In this document: piece after piece, positions 12,465 to 21,000 of the stretch
How positions within the stretch are numbered: the first letter of the stretch is position 1
How the letters are laid out: each line of letters opens with the position of its first letter
Assembly: GCA_934090595.1 (NCBI GenBank)
Contig: CAKOJO010000001.1
Span: 1 to 55,665 of the forward strand
Length of the DNA stretch: 55,665 bases
Direction: 5' to 3'
DNA from: an uncultured Bacilli bacterium
Lineage (GTDB): Bacteria; Bacillota_I; Bacilli_A; RF39; UBA660
The notes under the pieces: model-generated
The model's database searches: none
What the model saw: the letters and a program-made list of their open reading frames with translations, nothing else
Told to the model about the DNA's origin: nothing
Translations under genes and position numbers: made by a program

Positions 12465-12581
12465 TTGACTCAATAAATATTTTAATATCACAAAAATAAG
12501 TGTTTAATTGTTATAATTATTTCGTATTTTTATTTCTATATTCTGAAAAATACATTTTAATACAAAAAAATGTTTGTAAAT

Positions 12582-12597
12582 TATTTCCCGGGAAATA
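12582..12597. promoter_or_regulatory. Noc-binding-site-like palindrome 1
   Basis: TATTTCCCGGGAAATA contains the 14-bp NBS consensus ATTTCCCGGGAAAT perfectly. It extends to the 24-bp palindrome 12578-12601. Its centre is 61 bp from the centre of parS 6. Confidence 0.7.
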
Positions 12598-12642
12598 ATT
12601 TTGAATTATATATATTAAATTGTTAATAAATGTATTTTTCAA

Positions 12643-12658
12643 TGTTTCACGTGAAACA
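12643..12658. promoter_or_regulatory. parS site 6 (perfect)
   Basis: TGTTTCACGTGAAACA at the centre of the perfect 36-bp palindrome 12633-12668. TGTTAATAA lies 22 bp upstream. Confidence 0.85.
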
Positions 12659-12788
12659 TTGAAAAATATTGATACTTGTTTATGTTAATTTATTTATTTT
12701 AAATATACAATATTTTTAATGGATGATTTATTTATTCTTTATTTTTTTGGTTTAGTAATTGTTTTTGATTTTATTTGATCTAATCTTA

Positions 12789-12804
12789 TGTTTCACGTGA
12801 AACA
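12789..12804. promoter_or_regulatory. parS site 7 (perfect)
   Basis: TGTTTCACGTGAAACA; the palindrome extends only to 18 bp. Confidence 0.85.
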
Positions 12805-12908
12805 TTGTTATTTTTTTTATAAAAGTAATAATGTTTATGTTTAAATTTTATTTTTAATATATTATGTTCTTAAAAATGTGTTGTGAATACAAAAACTGGC
12901 TTGCAAAT

Positions 12909-12924
12909 TATTTCCCGGGAAATA
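12909..12924. promoter_or_regulatory. Noc-binding-site-like palindrome 2
   Basis: TATTTCCCGGGAAATA within the 24-bp palindrome 12905-12928. Its centre is 61 bp from the centre of parS 8. Confidence 0.7.
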
Positions 12925-12969
12925 ATTTTAAATTATGTATATTAAATTGTTGATAAGTATTTTTTTTAA

Positions 12970-12985
12970 TGTTTCACGTGAAACA
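12970..12985. promoter_or_regulatory. parS site 8 (perfect)
   Basis: TGTTTCACGTGAAACA at the centre of the 32-bp palindrome 12962-12993. TGTTGATAA lies 22 bp upstream. Confidence 0.85.
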
Positions 12986-13092
12986 TTAAAAAAGTTATTT
13001 TATACAATTGTCATATCATAGACTTTATTAATCTAATTTGGTACAATATTTATAGTATTTTTTTTGGGGGTGATATTATTGCTTATTTAGCT

Positions 13093-14703
13093 TTGTATAG
13101 AAAATATAGACCAACTTGTTTTGATGAGGTTGCTGGTCAAGATTCTATTGTAAAGATACTTAAAAATTCTATTGCTAATGATTGTGTTTCTCATGCTTAT
13201 TTGTTTGCTGGTCCAAGAGGAACTGGAAAAACGAGTTTGGCAAAAATTATTGCAAAAACTATTAATTGTTTTAATTTGAATGGATCTACATTTTGCAATG
13301 AATGTGATAGTTGTATTGCTTTTAATAACAAAAATAATCCTGATATTATTGAAATAGATGCTGCTTCGAATAATGGTGTTGAGGAAATTAGAAAAATTAG
13401 AGATAGTGTTAATTTAATGCCGAGTATTTCAAAGTATAAAGTTTATATTATTGATGAAGTGCATATGTTATCGAGTGGAGCTTTTAATGCATTGTTGAAA
13501 ACTCTTGAGGAACCACCAACTCACGTTATTTTTATATTGGCAACTACAGAATTTTATAAAATTCCAGAAACTATTATTTCTAGATGTCAATGTTTTAGTT
13601 TTGAACGTATTTCAAATAACGATATTGTAAATAAACTGAAGTATATTGTGGATTGTGAAAAAATAAATATTGATGATGAAGTTTTGAATTTGATTGCAAA
13701 ATATAGTGATGGTGGTTTAAGGGATTCGATTAGTATGTTGGATAAATTGATTTCTTATTCTGACAAAATTACTGTTGATGATTATTATACTTTAAAAGGT
13801 ATTGTTAATGAGGAATATTTAAAATCTTTAACAAATTATATTTTTAATGGTGATGTCTCTAGTATTTTGAATCTCTTAACTGAATTGGAAAATTCGGGTA
13901 AAGATGTTGTTATTTTATTAGATAGTTTTATGGAATATCTTAAGTCTTGTTTAATCTTACATAATAGTAGTGATTTCAATTCTATTTATAGTTTAATTAT
14001 TGAATTGAATGAGTTAGATATATTGCTGAAAAGAAGTAGTAATAAAAAAATTATTTTTGAGGTTGGAATTATTAAAATTGTTAATAAATTATTTAATAAT
14101 AAAACAAATGTTTGTGATTTTCAAGACATTAATAATTTGTCTACTTTAGAAAAAGAAGTTGTTTCTAGTAATAAGAATGATGATGTTCCTAAAAATGTAG
14201 TTGAAACTTATAAAGTGTGTTATAATAAAGATATCAGGATTAATAATGCTTTTGCTTTAGCTGATAAAAGTCTTTTGAATGATTTGAAAATTAAATGGGT
14301 TTTATTTTCTGAAGTTGTTTCTAATCCTGAAGATTCTTTGTTTATTTCTTATTTACTTGATAGTACTTTACGAGTTGCTGGTAAACATGAATTGATTTTA
14401 TCAGTTAAATATGATTCTATTCTTAAGAATGTTGATAACAATATTTCTGATATTGAATCAGTATTTAATACTATTATGAACACTAACTATAAACTTACAT
14501 TTATTAATGATTCTGATTGGGATAAATTAAAAAATGAATACATAAAAAATATTCAAAATGGGAGTGCTTATAGTTATATTAATGAGGAAAATGTTAATAA
14601 TGATATTAATATTTCTTCGAGTGAGAATGTTTCTTTTAATAATAATGATAGTGATGTTTTGGCTACTTCATTATTTGGCGAAGATATTGTTGAATTGAAA
14701 TAG
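13093..14703 (+). CDS. dnaX: DNA polymerase III subunit tau (clamp loader)
   Basis: Walker A GPRGTGKTS, a zinc-module cysteines region (CNECDSC), and SRC motif ISRCQ. The ORF track starts at TTG 13093. In-frame ATT at 13078 would give MAYLALYRKYRP (canonical N-terminus) at good spacing from the GGGGGTGA RBS, so the true start may be 13078. Confidence 0.92.
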   Translation: MYRKYRPTCFDEVAGQDSIVKILKNSIANDCVSHAYLFAGPRGTGKTSLAKIIAKTINCFNLNGSTFCNECDSCIAFNNKNNPDIIEIDAASNNGVEEIRKIRDSVNLMPSISKYKVYIIDEVHMLSSGAFNALLKTLEEPPTHVIFILATTEFYKIPETIISRCQCFSFERISNNDIVNKLKYIVDCEKINIDDEVLNLIAKYSDGGLRDSISMLDKLISYSDKITVDDYYTLKGIVNEEYLKSLTNYIFNGDVSSILNLLTELENSGKDVVILLDSFMEYLKSCLILHNSSDFNSIYSLIIELNELDILLKRSSNKKIIFEVGIIKIVNKLFNNKTNVCDFQDINNLSTLEKEVVSSNKNDDVPKNVVETYKVCYNKDIRINNAFALADKSLLNDLKIKWVLFSEVVSNPEDSLFISYLLDSTLRVAGKHELILSVKYDSILKNVDNNISDIESVFNTIMNTNYKLTFINDSDWDKLKNEYIKNIQNGSAYSYINEENVNNDINISSSENVSFNNNDSDVLATSLFGEDIVELK

Positions 14704-14714
14704 GAGGGATAATT

Positions 14715-15014
14715 ATGAATATGCAAGCTTTAATGAAACAAGCACAGGCTATGCAAAAAGAAATTACAAATATTAAGAATGAAATTGATAACTCTACTTT
14801 TGAAGGAAGTAGTTCGTTAGTTAAGGTTGTAGTTAATGGAAAAAAAGAAGTTTTAAGTGTTAAGATTTCTTCTGATGCTACTGATTTAAGTGATGATATT
14901 TCTATGCTAGAAGATATGATAGTTCTAGCTATGAATGATGCATTTTTAAAGGTTGATAAAACTACTAATGAAAAAATGGGCAAATATTCTAATATGATGT
15001 CAGGATTGATGTGA
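14715..15014 (+). CDS. ybaB: Nucleoid-associated protein YbaB/EbfC
   Basis: 99-aa ORF with the typical N-terminus (MNMQALMKQAQAMQKE). Located between dnaX and recR. Confidence 0.9.
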   Translation: MNMQALMKQAQAMQKEITNIKNEIDNSTFEGSSSLVKVVVNGKKEVLSVKISSDATDLSDDISMLEDMIVLAMNDAFLKVDKTTNEKMGKYSNMMSGLM

Positions 15015-15018
15015 TAGT

Positions 15019-15615
15019 ATGTATCCAAAGAGTTTAGTGGATTTAATTGAGTATTTTAAGAAGTTTCCAGGAATTGGGGAAAAAACTGCTGAGAGATTGG
15101 CTTTTTCTGTGCTTAGTTTTGATGATGATGAAGTAACAGAGTTTAGTAATGCATTATGCAATGCTAAAACGAATATTAAACCTTGTGCTGTTTGTGGTAC
15201 TTTGACAGAAAATGATTTGTGTTTTATTTGTAGTGATAATTCACGTGACTGTGATAGTATTTTAGTTGTTGAAAATTCTAAAGATGTATTTTTATTTGAA
15301 AAACTTGGTAATTATAATGGATATTATCATGTTCTTGGTGGTTTGATTTCTCCACTTGATGAAATTGGTCCAGATGATTTATCTATTGATTTATTGGTAA
15401 AAAGGGTAAAAGAAAATAATATAAAGGAAGTTGTTCTTGCTATTAAAACTGGTATAGAGGCTGATACAACTGCTTTATACATAAAAAGATTATTAGAAAA
15501 AGATGGAATTATAGTAACTAGAATAGCTAATGGTATTCCTATTGGGGCAGATATGGAATACATTGATGTTCTTACGTTAGAAACTGCTTTAAATAATAGA
15601 AAGGAAGTATTTTAA
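15019..15615 (+). CDS. recR: Recombination protein RecR
   Basis: 198-aa ORF with a helix-hairpin-helix N-terminus (FPGIGEKTAERLAF), a C4 zinc finger (CAVCG...CFIC) and a Toprim domain. Confidence 0.93.
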   Translation: MYPKSLVDLIEYFKKFPGIGEKTAERLAFSVLSFDDDEVTEFSNALCNAKTNIKPCAVCGTLTENDLCFICSDNSRDCDSILVVENSKDVFLFEKLGNYNGYYHVLGGLISPLDEIGPDDLSIDLLVKRVKENNIKEVVLAIKTGIEADTTALYIKRLLEKDGIIVTRIANGIPIGADMEYIDVLTLETALNNRKEVF

Positions 15616-15651
15616 TAAATTGTAATCATATATTTTTTTGAGGTGTTATTC

Positions 15652-15837
15652 TTGAAAAAAAGATTATATTTTATTGGAAGAAAGCTTCTTTTAGCTCCGT
15701 TTATAATTTATATATATGATTTAATAATGGGCTCTTCAGTTTATTTTATTCCAATTAATATTATTACAATTTTGGTAGTGGGTTTATTTGATATTTTTGG
15801 ATTGATTTTGTTGATAGTTTTATTGTTAATTTTGTGA
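15652..15837 (+). CDS. Small membrane protein, BofA-like
   Basis: ORF 15643..15837. TTG 15652 is better spaced from the GAGGTG RBS. Two TM segments. VYFIPINIITILVVGLFDIFGL resembles B. subtilis BofA IHVPINLVTTAISGILGIPGI. Same position after recR as bofA. Confidence 0.45.
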   Translation: MKKRLYFIGRKLLLAPFIIYIYDLIMGSSVYFIPINIITILVVGLFDIFGLILLIVLLLIL

Positions 15838-15850
15838 TGAGGTGATAGGC

Positions 15851-16753
15851 ATGTTAGATAAATATGAAAAAATGCAAAATATTTTTTATAAGTATATTAT
15901 AAATTCTGTTGAAAATGGTCATATCTCTCATGCTTATTTAATTGAAACTAATGGTGTTTCTTATGGATATGATTTAGCTATTTCACTTGCTAAGTTTTTT
16001 CTTTGTATTGATAAAGATCCTGTACAACAAAAGATAATACTTAATGAAATTGATAAAAATATATATTCTGATTTATACATTATTAATAGTAATGATAATG
16101 AAATAAAAAAAAATGATGTGGCTTTTTTAAAACATGTTTTTTCTTTTAAGTCTCAGGATAACAATAGAAGAGTTTATGTTATTAACAATGCTAATTTACT
16201 AAATGTTTCTTCTTCGAATACATTGCTTAAATTTTTAGAGGAACCTGATGATGATATTGTTGCAATTTTAGTTACAGATAGTAGATATGATTTGTTGGAT
16301 ACTATTGTTTCACGTTGCCAGGTTTTATCATTGATAAATAATGAGTCATTTATTAATAGATTAGTTTGGAATGATTATGATGAAATTTTGAATTATACTG
16401 ATTTTGTTAGTAATAAGATTTCTAGTATGGTTAAATTGTATTGCTTGTTAGAATTAAGTGATGTTTTTTTACTTACTAATGAATATATGTATAGTATTAA
16501 AAATGAACTTAGTAATTTTTTTATGGTTGGTCTTGCTTTTTACTATGATATTTTTAATTTATATTATGATAGAAATTTACATTTTCTTGATGGATATGAT
16601 GAAGAAAAGGCAAAAGTTATGAAAAATAATACAATTAGTGATATAATAAAGAAGATTGATGTAATTAATTTATTTATTAATAAATCTAGATCTAATGTTA
16701 ATAGAGATTTATTAATTGATGATTTTACATTTAAGATGTTAGGAGATGATTAG
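15851..16753 (+). CDS. holB: DNA polymerase III subunit delta prime
   Basis: ORF 15842..16753, with ATG 15851 after GAGGTGA. Motifs ISHAYLIE, NTLLKFLEEP and SRCQ. Confidence 0.85.
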   Translation: MLDKYEKMQNIFYKYIINSVENGHISHAYLIETNGVSYGYDLAISLAKFFLCIDKDPVQQKIILNEIDKNIYSDLYIINSNDNEIKKNDVAFLKHVFSFKSQDNNRRVYVINNANLLNVSSSNTLLKFLEEPDDDIVAILVTDSRYDLLDTIVSRCQVLSLINNESFINRLVWNDYDEILNYTDFVSNKISSMVKLYCLLELSDVFLLTNEYMYSIKNELSNFFMVGLAFYYDIFNLYYDRNLHFLDGYDEEKAKVMKNNTISDIIKKIDVINLFINKSRSNVNRDLLIDDFTFKMLGDD

Positions 16754-17533
16754 ATGATTGAAGTGTTTGGTGTACGTTTTAATGATTCTGATAAAATATA
16801 TTACTTTTTACCTAATGGGAATGAGCTCGAAAAAGATGACTATGTTATAGTTGAAACTGAACGTGGACAACAATTTGGAATAATTTGCACTGACAGAATT
16901 ACTGTTGACAAAAATCGAATTTCATTTGAACTTAAAAATGTTTTAAAAATTGCTGATTCTGATGATATTAATATGAATGAAAAGAATATTAAAGATGCAG
17001 AGCTTGCAATCGAACATGCTAATAAATTTGTTGCTGAGTTGGATTTGAATATGAAAATATTGGATGCTTCTTTTACTTTTGATCGTTCACAACTTTTATT
17101 TAATTTTTTAGCAGATGCAAGAGTTGATTTTAGAGAGCTTGCTAAAAAATTGGCTTATATATATAAAACTAGAATTGAACTTAGACAAATTGGAGTCCGT
17201 GATAAAGCAAAATGCGTTGGGGGTTATGGAGCTTGCGGTAGAAAATTGTGTTGTTCTTCATTCTTGACTGACTTAAATAGTGTTTCTATTAATATGGCTA
17301 AAAATCAAAATCTTGCTTTAAATCCTCAGAAAATTAATGGTGTATGTGGTAGATTAATGTGTTGTTTGGAATATGAAAACGAATTGTATAATGAATATAA
17401 AAAGGATTTACCTAAAGTTGGTGAAGTGATATCTAATGATTCTAATAAGGGAAAAGTAGTGTATGTAGATTTATTTAAAAGAATGTATAAATTAGAATTA
17501 GAAGATGGTAAAATTGTGGATGTGATGTTATGA
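16754..17533 (+). CDS. ricT: PSP1-domain protein RicT/YaaT (stage 0 sporulation)
   Basis: 259-aa ORF with a Cys-rich PSP1 C-terminal part (CGRKLCCSSF ... GVCGRLMCCLEYE). Follows holB as in Bacillus. Confidence 0.85.
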   Translation: MIEVFGVRFNDSDKIYYFLPNGNELEKDDYVIVETERGQQFGIICTDRITVDKNRISFELKNVLKIADSDDINMNEKNIKDAELAIEHANKFVAELDLNMKILDASFTFDRSQLLFNFLADARVDFRELAKKLAYIYKTRIELRQIGVRDKAKCVGGYGACGRKLCCSSFLTDLNSVSINMAKNQNLALNPQKINGVCGRLMCCLEYENELYNEYKKDLPKVGEVISNDSNKGKVVYVDLFKRMYKLELEDGKIVDVML

Positions 17534-18084
17534 AATTAATTGTTGGTATAGGTAATCCTGGTAAGGAGTATAAAAATACTAGGCATAATATTGGTTTTAA
17601 TATATTGGATAATTATGCTTCTTTCCATTCAATTGAAATTACTAAAGAAAAATTTAATGGATTGTATGTAGACTTTGTTTTGAATGGTGAAAAAATTATT
17701 TTATTGAAACCTTTATCATATGTTAATTTATCAGGTATTGTTGTAAAAAAATATATAGATTATTTTAATATTTCAGTGGATGATATTTTAATTATAAGTG
17801 ATGATTTGGATCTGGAATTTGGAAAAATTAGACTTCGTTTATCTGGTTCATCTGGAGGGCATAATGGTCTTAAGAGTATTGAGGCAAATTTAGGTACTAA
17901 AAATTATAAACGCATGAAGTTTGGTATTTCTAATAATAAAAGTATTGATACTAAAGATTATGTTTTGGGTAATTTGTCTTCTGAAGAAAGTAAAAAGTTA
18001 AGTGAAATATTACCTATTACTACTGATATTTTGGATGATTTCATGGTTATGCCTTTTACTAATTTAATGAATAAATATAATTAG
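17530..18084 (+). CDS. pth: Peptidyl-tRNA hydrolase
   Basis: 184-aa ORF with N-terminus LIVGIGNPGKEYKNTRHNIGF and GGHNGLKSI. Confidence 0.93.
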   Translation: MKLIVGIGNPGKEYKNTRHNIGFNILDNYASFHSIEITKEKFNGLYVDFVLNGEKIILLKPLSYVNLSGIVVKKYIDYFNISVDDILIISDDLDLEFGKIRLRLSGSSGGHNGLKSIEANLGTKNYKRMKFGISNNKSIDTKDYVLGNLSSEESKKLSEILPITTDILDDFMVMPFTNLMNKYN

Positions 18085-18093
18085 GGTGATACT

Positions 18094-21000
18094 ATGAATG
18101 TTTTAGATAAAGTAAGTACTTTTTCTTATAAAAATGACATTAGTTTATTTGGATTGACTAATGAATTTTTTGGTGTTGTTATTAATAAATTTTTTAATAA
18201 TATTAAAGACGGTATTTTGATTGTTGCTCCAAGTATGTTTGAGGCAAAAAAAATGTATGAGTCTATAAACAGATATAATGATAATTGCTTTTTGTTTGAG
18301 ACTGATAGTTTATCTTTTGTTAATGCGCTTGCTACTAGTCCTATTCTTAAAACTGAGAGACTTTCTGTTTTGAATGAACTTTTAGATAATAAAAAAAGAA
18401 TTGTTGTTACGGATTTAGTTGGTTATTTGAAACATTTACCTCCAGTTAAAGAATATACTGATAAAATTATTGAATTATCTGTTGGTAATAATATTTCTAT
18501 AGAAACTATTATTTCAAAGCTTGATGATTTAGGATATAAGCGAGAAGATTTGGTTGTAAAAATGGGTGATTTTGCTGTTAGAGGATATATTTTGGATATT
18601 TTTTTGATTGATAGTGATAATCCGATAAGAATAGAATTTTTTGGTGATGATATTGAATCTATTCGTTTTTTTAATTCAGATGATCAAAGATCTATTTCAA
18701 GTGTTAATTCTATTAAAATATATCCTAATGATGAATTTGATAGTAGTCAATATGTAAATATTTCATCTTATTTGGGCGATTGTTATACTGTTTTTAAGGA
18801 TTATAATCAAATTGGTGTTTCATATAAGAATATGATTCAGGAACTTTTTGATTATGGTACTAAGCAATCATTGTTTTTTAAATTAGAGGATATTCCATTA
18901 AATAAGGTTATGTATTATAATGATTTTGATAATTATAAACAAAGTAATAACTTTATTGATTTTGGTGTTTCTAATTTGGATTATAGTGGTAGTGATATTA
19001 CTTATTTTAATAATTATATTAAAAAGTATTTATCTTTGAAAAAGACAATTGTTATTTGCTTGTCTGATAAAAAGAACATTGATAACTTATTTGATTTTTC
19101 ATATGTTTTGACTGATTTAAATAATATATTTGATGAAAAAGTAAATGTAGTTGTTTTTCCTCTGGGAGAAGGTTTTTCTGTTGATGATTATATTTTTGTT
19201 AGTGAAAAGGAATTATTTAATAAAATTTTAGTTAAAAAGAGAGCAGTTAAATTTAAATATTCTAAGAGAATAAATGATTTAACTAAATTAAATATTGGTG
19301 ATTATGTTGTTCATGAAACTTGTGGTATTGGTATTTATAATGGTATTAAAACTCTTACTAAAAATGGAGTTTTGAATGATTATATAGAGGTTCTTTATGC
19401 AAATGGGGATAAATTATTTATTCCTGCTTCTAAAATAGAGTTGATTAGTAAGTTTTCTGGAAAGGAAGGATATGTTCCAAAAATCAATTCTTTAAATAGT
19501 AATGCATGGGAAAAGGCCAAGAGAAGAGTAAGTCAGAAAATTAAGTATGAGGCTGAAAGACTTCTTAAAGTACAAGCTGAAAGAAAATTAAAAAAAGGTT
19601 TTGCATTTAGTAAGGATAATGAACTTCAAATTATGTTTGATAATGAGTTTTTATATGATGCTACTGATGATCAAATTAGAGCTACTATGGAAATAAAAAA
19701 GGATATGGAAAGTGATATTCCAATGGATAGATTGCTTTGTGGTGATGTTGGTTATGGAAAGACTGAAGTTGCTTTTAGGGCTATGTTTAAAGCAGTTTTG
19801 GATAATAAACAAGTTATGTATCTTTGTCCTACTACGCTTTTATCTAGACAACAGTATATGAGTGCTCTTGATAGATTTAAAAGTTTTCCTGTTAGAATAG
19901 AATTGTTAAACAGATTTGTATCTTCCAAAAATGCTAAAAGAATAGTAGATGATTTTAATAAGGGAAATGTTGATATTTTATTTGGAACTCATAGAATACT
20001 TAGTGATGATATTAAACCTAAAGATTTAGGACTTTTAGTTATTGATGAAGAACAACGTTTTGGAGTTGCGCATAAGGAAAAAATTAAAGAGTATAAAAGT
20101 AATATTGATGTGCTTACTCTTACTGCAACTCCTATACCTAGAACTTTACAAATGACTATTTTTGGTCTTAAAGATTTGTCTTTGATTGAAACTCCTCCGA
20201 AGGATAGGCATGCTGTACAGACTTATGTACTTGCATTTGATAAAAATATTATTAGAGATATTATCTATAGAGAATTATCACGTGATGGACAAGTTTTTAT
20301 ATTATATAATAGGGTCGAAGATATTGAATCAAAAGTTAGAGAAATACAGATGATTGTTCCTGAAGCTAGGGTTACTTTTGCACATGGGAAGATGAATAAA
20401 AATGATCTTGAAAACATTATGAATGATTTTGTTCTTCATAAATATGATGTTTTAGTGTGCACTACTATTATAGAAACAGGTGTTGATATACCTAATGTTA
20501 ATACTCTTATTGTATATAATTCTGATTGGTTTGGTCTTAGTCAACTTTATCAAATAAGAGGTAGAGTTGGTCGTAGTGATAGAATTGCTTATGCTTATTT
20601 GACATATGAAAATAATAAAGTTTTAACTGAAAATTCTATAAAAAGACTTCAAGTACTTAAGGATTTTACTGAACTTGGAAGTGGTTTTACTATTGCTGCA
20701 CGTGATTTATCAATCAGAGGTTCTGGTGATATTTTGGGAAGTGAGCAAGCTGGTTATATTGATTGTGTTGGTATCGATTTATATATGAAAATGTTGAATG
20801 ATGAAATCTTAAAATTGAAGGGAATTGAAGTCTCAGATAAGTGTGATGATGTTGTTAGCAATGTCGAGGTTACTAGCCATATTTCTGATATTTATACAAA
20901 CAGTGATGAATTGAAGATTGAAATTCATAAACTTATAAACAGTATTGATTCATATGAAAAGTATAATTCAGTTTATAACGAACTTACAGATAGATTTGGT

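Larger units (their letters stand above)
12561..12668 (+). repeat. Composite NBS / DnaA-box-like / parS module, copy 1
   Basis: Ungapped manual alignment with 12888-12995 (offset 327 bp) shows about 15 mismatches in 108 positions. Confidence 0.8.
12888..12995 (+). repeat. Composite NBS / DnaA-box-like / parS module, copy 2
   Basis: Direct repeat of 12561-12668 with the same order and spacing of the three motifs. Confidence 0.8.

Noticed and set aside
11470-12985. The repeated 18-bp palindromes as a CRISPR array
   Set aside because: Spacings are irregular (64 to 588 bp between centres). A real gene (tadA) and an RNA gene lie between copies. The repeat is a perfect palindrome identical to parS. 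No cas genes or leader are present.
12561-12995. The duplicated 108-bp modules as MITEs or IS remnants
   Set aside because: There are no terminal inverted repeats distinct from the internal binding-site palindromes, no target-site duplications, and no transposase anywhere in the window. The conserved blocks coincide with protein-binding motifs, not element ends.
14041-14060. An A7 run in dnaX (AAT AAA AAA ATT) with a -1-frame TGA three codons downstream, as a tau/gamma frameshift site
   Set aside because: The heptamer is T AAA AAA, not the ideal A AAA AAG type. No upstream SD-like or downstream hairpin stimulator is evident. Truncation at about residue 320 would cut into the clamp-loader collar domain. 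A-runs and off-frame stops are frequent by chance in DNA this AT-rich.
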